In this document: piece after piece, positions 1-8,836 of the stretch
Layout: the number at the start of each line of letters is the position of its first letter
Numbering within the stretch: position 1 is the first letter of the stretch
From: Nitrosopumilus sp.
GTDB taxonomy: Archaea; Thermoproteota; Nitrososphaeria; Nitrososphaerales; Nitrosopumilaceae
Direction of reading: 5' to 3'
DNA length: 64,000 bases
NCBI GenBank assembly: GCA_965249555.1
Contig: OZ252243.1
Location: 704,001 to 768,000, forward strand
Notes under the pieces: model-generated
What the model was told of the DNA's origin: nothing
What the model saw: the letters and a program-made list of their open reading frames with translations, nothing else
The model's database searches: none
Translations under genes and position numbers: made by a program

Positions 1-1703
1 GTAATTACAATTGATTGTTGGTCCGGTGTGTTGCCTGCCGCATCATCTGGCGCATCATACAATACGGTGTAGACTCCTATACTGCTGGTGTCAGGTGTAT
101 CACCAGAGGGTGTTGCCGTTTCAGAGTAATCTGGGTCATTATCAGTTACGGTGCCGCCTTGTTCTGTGTAGGTGTCAGTTGCAGTCAACTCTATTGTTGT
201 ATCAGATCCTGTTGGTGTGATTACTGGCGGCGTAACATCAGGTCCTACTGTTACAGTCTGAGTGATTGTTCTGCTTTGTTCATTGTTGTCAGTTACGGTG
301 TAAGTTACAGCATATTCTCCAGAAGCGTTGACATTGACTGTTTTGCCGCCAACTATACCAGGTGCAGTTCCTGAGATATCAAATGCATTGGCAATCATAC
401 CTTGGGTGTATGTTCCGCCAAATGGCACTGTAGTGGAATAGTCATCTGTGTTACCATCAACGTCAAAGGTTGGCGGTGTGGTATCAGATACGGTAATTAC
501 AATTGATTGTTGGTCCGGTGTGTTGCCTGCCGCATCATCTGGCGCATCATACAATACGGTGTAGACTCCTATACTACTGGTGTCAGGTGTATCACCAGAG
601 ACTGCTACTGTTCCAGGGTAGGCCGGGTCATTATCAGTTACGGTGCCGCCTTGTTCTGTGTAGGTGTCAGTTGCAGTCAACTCTATTGTTGTATCAGATC
701 CTGTTGGTGTGATTACTGGCGCTGTGGTGTCAAGTGTGATGAGTACTGCTGGTGATGGATCAGATGTGTTGACTCCATCAGATGCTCTTGCAGTAAATGA
801 GTTGCCACCCTCATCTAGTTCAACTCCTGCAAATGAGAAATTCCCCGAATCATCGGCAGTTGTCGTACCAGCTGGTGTCATCCCATTGAATAGTTGTATA
901 GTTGCTCCGGCCTCAGTTGAAGTACCATCAATTGTGATTGGTGTAGAGCCAACAGTTGCAGGTGGCGTGGTAATTGCAGGAACTGGTGGCGGTGTGGTAT
1001 CAGTTACTTTGTATGTTCTGGTTTTATCACCAGCCGGGTTTGTACCATCAGTTGAGGAATAAGTGATAGTGTAATCGCCTACTGTGCCAACATCAACAGT
1101 TCCAGATATGGTGATTGGAGAGCCATCATCAGTTGATACTCCATCAAGAAGTACCGGTGCAGGTGAGTCTAGTTCAAGGGTGATCTCTTCTGGAGTTACT
1201 GTGATTACTGGCGGCGTAACATCAGGTCCTACTGTTACAGTTTCAGTGATTGTTCTGCTTTGTTCATTGTTGTCAGTTACGGTGTAAGTTACAGCATATT
1301 CTCCAGAAGCGTTGACATTGACTGTTTTGCCGCCAACCATACCAGGTGCAGTTCCTGAGATATCAAATGCATTGGCAATCGTACCTTGGGCGTATGTTCC
1401 GCCAAATGGCACTGTAGTGGAATAGTCATCTGTGTTACCATCAACGTCAAAGGTTGGCGGTGTGGTATCAGATACGGTAATTACAATTGATTGTTGGTCC
1501 GGTGTGTTGCCTGCCGCATCATCTGGCGCATCATACAATACGGTGTAGACTCCTATACTGCTGGTGTCAGGTGTATCACCAGAGGGTGTTGCCGTTTCAG
1601 AGTAATCTGGGTCATTATCAGTTACGGTGCCGCCTTGTTCTGTGTAGGTGTCAGTTGCAGTCAACTCTATTGTTGTATCAGATCCTGTTGGTGTGATTAC
1701 TGG
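1..1703. repeat. Near-identical intragenic repeats encoding Ig-like domains
   Basis: 1-~227, 493-~719 and 1477-~1703 are near identical, and ~216-500 matches ~1200-1484 (492/984-bp spacing). Confidence 0.9.
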
Positions 1704-4700
1704 TTTTTCTGTATCATCAAGAGATGGGTTTTCAGTTGGTGCTGCAGGTGTAGTTACAATCAAATCCTCAGATGAAACGCTTGTCTGGGAAATGTCGTTA
1801 GTTGATGTGGCATAATATGTGTAGGATGTTGCAGGAGTCAGACCAGTTTCAGTGTATGATGTATCGCCGGTAGTTGTTAAGAGGATATCACCTCTATACA
1901 ATTTGTATTCATTGGCACCGTCCACTGCAGTCCATGTAATCTCAATGCTTGTCGGAGTGATTGCTCCTGCTCCAAGTGTAGGAGGTGCAGGTGGAGTCGT
2001 TATGGATTCTCTGCCAATCTCATCACCATCAAATGAGAGTGTGACATCGCCACGATAATTATACCCAACTGGCATCGTAGTAGGAGGTAACTGTACACCT
2101 ACTGCATCTTCTGCAATCTCAACAGTAGTGGTCTGATCAACATCATATCCAATTGTAAAGGTACCAGATGTTAATGGTACAAATGTTGCAGATGCATCAT
2201 CAAAACCTGGTGTGACACTAAAAGAGCCAGGTTCAATTGCAGGAACTGCTGGTGCCTTTGGAGTAGTTACTGTCAAATCATCAGATGGGTGACTTGTCTG
2301 GGAAGCATCGTTAGTTGATGTGGCATGATATGTGTAGGATGATTCAGGAGTCAAGGTCTCATCAGTGTAGGATGTATCGCTGGGAGTTGCTATAGAAATG
2401 TCATCTCTAAACAGCTCGTATCCTGTGGCACCAGGTTGTGCAGTCCATGTAATTACAACACTTGTCGGAGTAACTGCTCCTTGCACAAGTGCAGGTGGTG
2501 CAGGTCCAGTCTTTACAGATACACTGCCAATTATTTCACTATCAAATGAGAGGGTGACAGGGTTGTCATAATTATACCCAACTGGTACTGTAGTAGTTGA
2601 TGGCGTATTTACTGCATCGATGATAACAGAAACAGTCTGATCAGTACCATATCCAATTGTAAAGGTACCGGATTTTAATGGTGTAAAGGATGCAGATGCA
2701 TCATCAAAACCTGGTGTGACACTAAAAGAGTCTAGTTCAATTGCAGGTGCCTTTGGAGTAGTTACTGCTGTAAACACAGGCTCACCAATTATAGAAGAAG
2801 GAAAAAAGGATATACCAACTATGCCGATTCTTTCAGCATTGACTAATCTCTCAAAATGGTTAAAAGCAGGAGTAAAATCAGCAGTGGTAACACCTTGCGA
2901 TAATTGGAAAACAGATACTACTTCATCAACACCATCTTCAGTTATATAAAGTTCATAAGTGCCGTTAGAAGATTCTACATTACTCCAAGTTAATCGAATA
3001 TTACCATTAGGTAATAGTTCAGCTGTTAAAGATGGTAGTGAAGCAAATGATGTTGTTACAGGTGTTGTTATTGTAGGTACTGCTGCAAACACAAGCTCAC
3101 CAATTGTAGAAGAAGAAGGGGATATACCAACTATGCCGATTTTTTCAGCATTATTTACTCGGTCAAAAATAGGAATATCAAGATCCATATCATAGGAAGT
3201 AACGCCTGGCGATAATAGGAAATTAATTAGCGGTGTATCAACACTATCTTCAGTTATATAAAGTCCATAAACATCGTTAGGAGATTCTATATTACTCCAA
3301 GTTAATCTAATATAATTATCAGATAATCTTTCAGCTGTTAAAGATGGTAGTGAAGCAAATGATGTTGTTACAGGTGTTGTTATTGTAGGTACTGCTGCAA
3401 ACACAAGCTCACCAATTATTAGAGTATAAGAAGGGGATATACCAACTATGCCGATTCTTTGAGCATTGATTAATCTATCATAAAAGGGAGAAAGGGGAGT
3501 AACATCAGTAGTGGTAACACCTTGCGATAATATGAAAACAAGTAGTTTTTCATCAACATCATCTTCAGTTATATAAAGTTCATACATGCCGCTAGGAGAT
3601 TTTACGTTACTCCAAGTTAATCGAATATTACCATTAGGTAATAGTTCAGCTGTTAAAGATGGTAGTGAAACAAATGGTGTTGTTATTGTAGGTACTGCTG
3701 CAAACACAGGCTCACCAATTATAGAAAAAAGAAGGATATCCATACCAACTATGCCGATTCTTTCAGCATTATTTACTCGGTCAAAAATAAGAAGATCGGG
3801 AGTAATATCAAAGGTAGTGGCGCCGGGCGATAATGGGAAATTACCTAGCAATGTATCAACACCATTTTCAGTTATATAAAATGTATAAACATCGTTAGGA
3901 GATTCTACATTGCTCCAAGTTAATCTAATAGAATCGTCAGGTAATCTTTCAGCTGTTAAAGATGGTGGTAATGGAGGGGGTACTGCTGCAAACACAGGCT
4001 CACCAATTATAGAAGAAAGAAGGGACTCTTTACCAACTATGCCGATTCTTTCAGCATTATTTACTCGGTCAAAAATAAGAAGATCGGGAGTAATATCAAA
4101 GGTAGTAACACCAGGTGATAATGGGAAAGAATCTAGGCTTTTATCAACACCATCTTCAGTTATATAAAGTCCATAAACATTGTTAGGAGATTCTACATTG
4201 CTCCAAGTTAATCTAATAGAATCGTCAGGTAATCTTTCAGCTGTTAAAGATGGTAGTGGAACAAATGGTGTTGTTATTGTAGGTACTGCTGCAAACACAG
4301 GCTCACCAATTGTTATAGTAGACTCACTGGTCTCTTTGCCAACTAGGCCGATTCTTTCAGCATTGATTAATCTATCATAAAAGGGAGAAAGGGGAGTAAC
4401 AACAAATGTAGTAGCACCGGACAATAATATGAAATTAGATACTATTTCATCAACACCATCTTCAGTTAGATAAAGTCCATAAACATTGTTAGGAGATTCT
4501 ATATTGCTCCAAGTTAATCTAATAGAATCATCAGGTAATCTTTCAGCTGTTAAAGATGGTGGTGTTGTTGTTACAGGTGTTGCCATTGTAGGTACTGCAG
4601 TAAACACAGGCTCACCAATTATTGTAGAAGAAGAAGTGAGATAACCAACTATGCCGATTCTTTGAGCATTGACTAATCTCTCAAACTGGTTAAAAGCAGG

Positions 4701-4997
4701 AGTAAAATCAGTAGTGGTAACACCTTGTGATACTGGAGAAATAGTTACTATTTCATCAACACCATCTTCAGTTATATAAAATGTATAAACATTGTTAGGA
4801 GATTCTACATTACTCCAAGTTAATCGAATAGTACCATTAGGTAATAGTTCAGCTGTTAAAGATGGGTCGGGGTTAGTTTGAGCTTGAGCTTCTGCAACAC
4901 TTGCAAAGGTAAGTGATATGGTAAATAGTGCCACCAATACGAGGCAGAAAAATGGAAACTTGGTTGCTTGCAAAGGCAAGTTACATGACAGAGTCAC
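1..4997 (-). CDS. Giant secreted surface/adhesin-like protein (>=1665 aa, runs off the window): signal peptide, 7 FnIII-like ~100-aa repeats, FnIII domains and Ig-like (DUF5011/HYR-like) repeats
   Basis: Not in the ORF track because it has no stop within the window. Manual minus-strand translation from GTG 4997 gives ...FPFFCLVLVALFTISLTFASVAEAQ (signal peptide), then PSLTAE..IRLTWSN repeats, VITWTAQPGATGYELFRD..SYTDETLTPESSYTY (FnIII) and GVYTVLYDAPDDAAGN / DTTPPVIT (Ig-like). The same frame holds at positions 3-60. An upstream ATG at 5044 is out of frame across the poly-G tract. Confidence 0.85.
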   Translation of the reverse strand, partial: MTLSCNLPLQATKFPFFCLVLVALFTISLTFASVAEAQAQTNPDPSLTAELLPNGTIRLTWSNVESPNNVYTFYITEDGVDEIVTISPVSQGVTTTDFTPAFNQFERLVNAQRIGIVGYLTSSSTIIGEPVFTAVPTMATPVTTTPPSLTAERLPDDSIRLTWSNIESPNNVYGLYLTEDGVDEIVSNFILLSGATTFVVTPLSPFYDRLINAERIGLVGKETSESTITIGEPVFAAVPTITTPFVPLPSLTAERLPDDSIRLTWSNVESPNNVYGLYITEDGVDKSLDSFPLSPGVTTFDITPDLLIFDRVNNAERIGIVGKESLLSSIIGEPVFAAVPPPLPPSLTAERLPDDSIRLTWSNVESPNDVYTFYITENGVDTLLGNFPLSPGATTFDITPDLLIFDRVNNAERIGIVGMDILLFSIIGEPVFAAVPTITTPFVSLPSLTAELLPNGNIRLTWSNVKSPSGMYELYITEDDVDEKLLVFILSQGVTTTDVTPLSPFYDRLINAQRIGIVGISPSYTLIIGELVFAAVPTITTPVTTSFASLPSLTAERLSDNYIRLTWSNIESPNDVYGLYITEDSVDTPLINFLLSPGVTSYDMDLDIPIFDRVNNAEKIGIVGISPSSSTIGELVFAAVPTITTPVTTSFASLPSLTAELLPNGNIRLTWSNVESSNGTYELYITEDGVDEVVSVFQLSQGVTTADFTPAFNHFERLVNAERIGIVGISFFPSSIIGEPVFTAVTTPKAPAIELDSFSVTPGFDDASASFTPLKSGTFTIGYGTDQTVSVIIDAVNTPSTTTVPVGYNYDNPVTLSFDSEIIGSVSVKTGPAPPALVQGAVTPTSVVITWTAQPGATGYELFRDDISIATPSDTSYTDETLTPESSYTYHATSTNDASQTSHPSDDLTVTTPKAPAVPAIEPGSFSVTPGFDDASATFVPLTSGTFTIGYDVDQTTTVEIAEDAVGVQLPPTTMPVGYNYRGDVTLSFDGDEIGRESITTPPAPPTLGAGAITPTSIEITWTAVDGANEYKLYRGDILLTTTGDTSYTETGLTPATSYTYYATSTNDISQTSVSSEDLIVTTPAAPTENPSLDDTEKPVITPTGSDTTIELTATDTYTEQGGTVTDNDPDYSETATPSGDTPDTSSIGVYTVLYDAPDDAAGNTPDQQSIVITVSDTTPPTFDVDGNTDDYSTTVPFGGTYAQGTIANAFDISGTAPGMVGGKTVNVNASGEYAVTYTVTDNNEQSRTITETVTVGPDVTPPVITVTPEEITLELDSPAPVLLDGVSTDDGSPITISGTVDVGTVGDYTITYSSTDGTNPAGDKTRTYKVTDTTPPPVPAITTPPATVGSTPITIDGTSTEAGATIQLFNGMTPAGTTTADDSGNFSFAGVELDEGGNSFTARASDGVNTSDPSPAVLITLDTTAPVITPTGSDTTIELTATDTYTEQGGTVTDNDPAYPGTVAVSGDTPDTSSIGVYTVLYDAPDDAAGNTPDQQSIVITVSDTTPPTFDVDGNTDDYSTTVPFGGTYTQGMIANAFDISGTAPGIVGGKTVNVNASGEYAVTYTVTDNNEQSRTITQTVTVGPDVTPPVITPTGSDTTIELTATDTYTEQGGTVTDNDPDYSETATPSGDTPDTSSIGVYTVLYDAPDDAAGNTPDQQSIVI
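2760..4865. repeat. Seven ~300-bp tandem repeats encoding FnIII-like domains with variable segments
   Basis: The motif cagctgttaaagatgg recurs near 3020, 3332, 3647, 3950, 4239, 4544 and 4850, with recurring ctccaagttaat and ccaactatgccgattct blocks. Confidence 0.9.
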
Positions 4998-5008
4998 CCC
5001 CCCCCCCC
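4997..5008 (-). repeat. Poly-G(12) homopolymer in the 5' end of the giant surface gene; candidate phase-variation tract
   Basis: 12 C on the + strand. The ATG 5044 frame reads MKNIIHCVNAPPGGGG-stop; 10 or 13 G would join it to the long ORF. Confidence 0.75.
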
Positions 5009-5075
5009 GGGCGGGGCATTAACGCAGTGAATAATATTTTTCATATAATATTATAAATAATTTAATTTATATAGT

Positions 5076-5348
5076 TTAAAATATCTGTCTGTGTTGTCTT
5101 TTTTGCTTTTTCCATTCAATGGAATTTTTTGATGGCGGAGAGCGTGCATTCTCATAATATGACAGTCTTTTTTGCAGTTCCTTGTTTGATTCTATGAGAT
5201 TCTCTATGATTAATTTTAGTTGTTTTATCTCTGCTTGTAGCTGTATGATGATTTTCTCATGACCACAACCTGACATGTTTTATATGATGATTTAGTTGAT
5301 CTTAGATCTTTTTGTGTAATGATATTGATTTGTGCGTGAAGGTTGATA
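5076..5348 (-). mobile_element. Truncated IS66-family element (left end plus 5' fragment of the transposase); its terminal 5 bp lie at 6678-6682, beyond the IS110 insertion
   Basis: ORF 5076-5276 (MSGCGHEKIIIQLQ...) matches the N-terminus of 30044-31393, and 5277-5348 is the reverse complement of the IS66 left end at 29972-30043. Confidence 0.9.
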
Positions 5349-5355
5349 ACTATAT

Positions 5356-6471
5356 GTGAATACAAAAAGAAGGAATTCAGATAGCATAGGAAATGAATCT
5401 AATTCCAAGATTCGTAATTCATCGTATTCCAAGAAAAGTCCAAAGAAACAGATTAGGGGAAAAAAAGACAAGGGCATGTATGTTGGCATTGACTTGCACA
5501 AGAAATTTCTTCAAGTGGCAACAATGGATAATGACGGAAAGATATTACAAAACATAAAAGTTGAGAACACTCATGAATCAATCAGGAAACATTTTACAGA
5601 CATACCGATTCATGCAAACATTGTCATGGAATCATCATCAGTTTGGTATAACACGTATAGATTTCTTACAGATGAATTGGGATACAAAAACGTAATACTG
5701 TCAAACCCGTATCTTACAAAGGCAATAGCTGCATCAAAAAAGAAGACAGACAAGATTGATGCCAGGATACTGGCAGATCTTTTGCGCGGGGGATACATTG
5801 CAACATGTCATGTTCCAAACAAAAAGATAGTAAAACATCGCCAGCTGGTAAGATACAGAAAAAAACTCATTCAGTGGAGAACATCTCTCAAAAATTCTGT
5901 CCATGGAATTTTGTTGCAGGAGGGAATCAAGATACCAGGAGTCACGTTCACTGTAACATACAACAGAAGACTCACCTCCCTAGGTGACTATCGCATAGAC
6001 GGATTCGTACGACAGATAGACTATCTTAATCTGCAAATTGAAGATATTAATTCAAGAGTGTATGCTGCTGTAAATGCCAGTCCTGATGCCATGATAATAA
6101 AATCAATACCCGGAATTGGTGACTACTCGTCACTAGTTATCGCATCAGAAATTGCAAATATTGACAGATTCAACAACTCTCACAAGTTATGCGCATATGC
6201 AGGAGTCGTGCCATCAGTCAGAAACTCTGCAGACACGATACATCATGGCCGTATAACCAAAAGAGGAAGCATGACACTACGATGGGTCCTTATCCAATGC
6301 GTCCATTCTCATGCAATACATGCCAAGAACAGTGACATTACAAAATTTTACAATCGCATTAAAAAGAAGAGAGGCTCATCAAAGGCCGCAGTTGCCGCAT
6401 CATCAAAGATCCTGCGAGTGATTTACTGGATGCTAAAAGAGAGGAGAGAATTTGTACAGAATTACAGTTAG
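5356..6471 (+). CDS. IS110-family transposase/recombinase
   Basis: YVGIDLHK, VMESS and KTDKIDARILA (DEDD RuvC-like); SIPGIG and AYAGVVPSVRNSA (C-terminal Tnp domain with conserved Ser). Start is GTG 5356 or ATG 5476. Confidence 0.95.
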   Translation: MNTKRRNSDSIGNESNSKIRNSSYSKKSPKKQIRGKKDKGMYVGIDLHKKFLQVATMDNDGKILQNIKVENTHESIRKHFTDIPIHANIVMESSSVWYNTYRFLTDELGYKNVILSNPYLTKAIAASKKKTDKIDARILADLLRGGYIATCHVPNKKIVKHRQLVRYRKKLIQWRTSLKNSVHGILLQEGIKIPGVTFTVTYNRRLTSLGDYRIDGFVRQIDYLNLQIEDINSRVYAAVNASPDAMIIKSIPGIGDYSSLVIASEIANIDRFNNSHKLCAYAGVVPSVRNSADTIHHGRITKRGSMTLRWVLIQCVHSHAIHAKNSDITKFYNRIKKKRGSSKAAVAASSKILRVIYWMLKERREFVQNYS

Positions 6472-6640
6472 GACTGCAAGTCGCGTTTGGTATGTTGAGG
6501 GACAGGCCTCGGTTGATAACTGCGGATAGGTCCTAACGAAGGGATGAAGATAGCATTGAGGAAGAAGCCTCGTATGGATACATGTCCGTCATCTTTTGTT
6601 TGAAAGCATTCCCTAGCGAAAGCTATGCCTTGGGATGTAA
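6467..6640 (+). ncRNA. Putative bridge/seek RNA of the IS110 element
   Basis: Stems gttaggac/gtcctaac (6467-6474/6530-6537) and gaagggatga/tcatctttt each enclose a GAGG-N6-CCTC hairpin flanked by guide-like matches to the target and donor sites. A third hairpin tagc-GAAA-gcta follows. The structure is conserved in the copies at ~10950-11120 and 29781-29870. Confidence 0.75.
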
Positions 6641-6647
6641 AAAAGTA

Positions 6648-6662
6648 GGAAATGTATAAAAA
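6648..6662 (+). promoter_or_regulatory. Outward-facing archaeal BRE/TATA-like promoter in the IS110 right end
   Basis: ggaaatg-TATAAAAA (TATA at 6655-6662), with the TATA conserved in four right-end copies. In the excised circle the first T would sit 30 nt upstream of GTG 5356. Confidence 0.55.
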
Positions 6663-6682
6663 CAATTCACATGGATACATAC

Positions 6683-7062
6683 CTAATTTTTCCTTGTTCT
6701 CCTCAAAGACTATGTTGTCGTATTGGATTTTGTGTTTGTTTAGAAATTTCTCAACACCCTTGCTGTGTATGGGATTGTTGGTTACTATATCCACACCATC
6801 ATACATCTCTGATAGTATCCTTATCTTTTGTTCCAGCATCAGCTCTGTCGGCTCTAGCGTATCCCACTGCTCCCAGCACTGCGAATATCCCGCGTGCATC
6901 ATCATATGTCATGTTGAATTTTCTGTAAAAACCAAACTCGCTTATCTTGTTATATGACAGTTTCAAGTCGGAATATTTTGCAGAATAGTCCATGTTGAAT
7001 ATTGAGATCCATTTTTTTATCGTATTTGATAGTACACCATCAAAGTCTACGGCTATACTCAT
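6683..7062 (-). pseudogene. HAD-family 5'(3')-deoxyribonucleotidase-like gene, frameshifted and truncated by the IS66 insertion
   Basis: IAVDFDGVL motif in 6799-7062 continues in another frame (QCWEQWDTLEP...DIVTN...IVFEENKEKL) and is cut at the IS66 end at 6682. Confidence 0.7.
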
Positions 7063-7119
7063 GTTATTTGTTAGAATATTTTAAAAATTATTTGTAAAAA
7101 ATACTAAATATTTTTTAAA

Positions 7120-7920
7120 TTAACCAATACTAGACCTTATTTCTTGTATTTTTTCTTCTTGAAATTCGGGATGAATTATTGGGATTTTATTCATATTGAT
7201 ATACTCAATTGACTGTTTTGCGGTATTAGATAATTCATTCTCAGTTAGTTTGATGGTGCTAAATATCAATGGCTTGTTTCTTTTGTATTTTTCTGATTCT
7301 ATAAGAGCCTTCATTTCATATAAAAATAGTTTAAAACTTTCAAATAAACTACTTTCAGAAAAATTGAATATATCTATGGTATTTACCAATTCATCGTCAT
7401 TCATAAAAGCAAAATCACGTATTTGTGGAATTCCAGAAATTGTGTCTATTTCAAACTTTTCTTCACAAGTTTTTTCAGGAAATTTTAATTTTTGAATATG
7501 TTGTTTTAGTTTGGTTCGAATTTTTGTAACAGAGATGAATTCTTCCAAAATTTGTTTTTTATCAGGAACACTTATCATTTTATCAAATACTTGTTGCAAT
7601 GTAATGTCAATTTCTTTTGTATTTACTTTGATTGGTTCAGAATAAAATATACTGCCATGAAAAGAATCATGAAGTTGCCATAAATAATCGATGGACTCCA
7701 CTTGTAAGACTGGCTTATAATTCTCAAATGATCTTTCCAATCCATGGATTTTTTCAACTCCTAACCTTTTAAAAAATTCATCAAAATTTGCCATGTATTT
7801 ATTATGAATTTTTTTATTTTGTTTATCAAGTAATGATATTCCGATGTTTACAGGTTCAAATCGCACTATATCTGGAACATACTTTATTACTGAAAATTCG
7901 CACTCTGTCATATTTATCAC
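7120..7920 (-). CDS. DUF3037-domain protein
   Basis: N-terminal FSVIKYVPDIVRFEPVNIGI motif; overlaps the stop of the upstream HipA-like kinase. Confidence 0.8.
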   Translation of the reverse strand: MINMTECEFSVIKYVPDIVRFEPVNIGISLLDKQNKKIHNKYMANFDEFFKRLGVEKIHGLERSFENYKPVLQVESIDYLWQLHDSFHGSIFYSEPIKVNTKEIDITLQQVFDKMISVPDKKQILEEFISVTKIRTKLKQHIQKLKFPEKTCEEKFEIDTISGIPQIRDFAFMNDDELVNTIDIFNFSESSLFESFKLFLYEMKALIESEKYKRNKPLIFSTIKLTENELSNTAKQSIEYINMNKIPIIHPEFQEEKIQEIRSSIG

Positions 7921-8735
7921 GGTAATGATGGTAGTTTGTCTATATTAAGTCGTATGTGTTCATTTGCCATATCTTTTGTAAATTTTGTTAATAAAATCTC
8001 CACATTATTGATGTACTCTTCGTAACCGTTTCCCCAACTTGTAGGAATTTTTTTAATAATGTCTGGAATTATGTTTGCTAAATCAACAGTTCTATTAATT
8101 CCACGATCAAATAATCTAAATTTATCAATATGATCTACAACAAAATGCATTTGATGCAACGTTCGTTTCATTGCTCGCAATCCTCGAATGTCTGTTTTTA
8201 TATTGGGATTTCTCTGAAAAGCTAAATCATGATCAAACAAATAATAATCAACTTTATCAGTTAATATCTCATTCTCTAATAAACAAATATTATTATCATG
8301 TCTATCAAAATTCTCAATGTATTTATCAAAAATAATAAAATCAGGAATCTGTCTAAAATTTCCTATCATGTCTTTATCAATCATCTTTCCTTGTATTTTA
8401 TAGGAATTCACAGTTTCAAAAGGTTGAAGATAAACTTGAGCAAAGTGCTCACCAGAACAAAATTCAGATAATTTTTTATTACTGTCAATTAATTCTTGAG
8501 AAACATTTGCAATGACAGGTTCAAACATTGGTAATTCTAATTCTAAACCTATAAGATTACAAACTAATTCATTTATTCCAATTCTTGCATCATTATATTT
8601 ATTGAATTTTACCTGGTAAGATTCATTATCATCTCCTATCATCACTGTAGGGTGATTAAGACTGCCATACTGTTCGTTGTCTATAACCCACGACATATCC
8701 ACATGTTTAATTTCATAAGAATCGATAAAATTCAT
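7917..8735 (-). CDS. HipA-like (PI3/4-kinase-fold) Ser/Thr kinase
   Basis: YQVKF, INELVCNLIGLELELP, FDKYIENFDRHDNN and LFDHDLAF motifs. Likely start is ATG 8735; the track extends to 8834. Confidence 0.8.
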   Translation of the reverse strand: MNFIDSYEIKHVDMSWVIDNEQYGSLNHPTVMIGDDNESYQVKFNKYNDARIGINELVCNLIGLELELPMFEPVIANVSQELIDSNKKLSEFCSGEHFAQVYLQPFETVNSYKIQGKMIDKDMIGNFRQIPDFIIFDKYIENFDRHDNNICLLENEILTDKVDYYLFDHDLAFQRNPNIKTDIRGLRAMKRTLHQMHFVVDHIDKFRLFDRGINRTVDLANIIPDIIKKIPTSWGNGYEEYINNVEILLTKFTKDMANEHIRLNIDKLPSLP

Positions 8736-8836
8736 GTTATGATACGAATTTAAAAAATACAACAATATTAAATTTTGTTGGTTTTTTATCGAAAAAAGAT
8801 CGATTGGGTTTATTAAAAAATATTGAATTTGCAAAG

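Larger units (their letters stand above)
5349..6677 (+). mobile_element. Complete IS110-family (IS1111-like organisation) element inserted at a TA core in the IS66 terminal inverted repeat
   Basis: Subterminal inverted repeats atgtgaat (5354-5361) and attcacat (6665-6672); no flanking TSD; ~200-bp non-coding 3' end; removing it restores ggttgaTAcatac. Confidence 0.9.

Noticed and set aside
11-4380. Many short + strand ORFs in the track
   Set aside because: They are antisense shadows of the repetitive giant minus-strand gene.
2760-4865. Diversity-generating retroelement as the cause of repeat variation
   Set aside because: No reverse transcriptase or non-coding template repeat is present in the window, and the differences are block swaps and indels, not obviously adenine-specific.
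5292-5501. Minus-strand ORF repeated at 25403-25624
   Set aside because: Antisense of the IS110 left end; it is conserved only because the IS is.
6468-6905. 145-aa minus-strand ORF (and the similar 10847-11164)
   Set aside because: It is a chimera of the broken nucleotidase reading into the antisense of the IS110 non-coding end.
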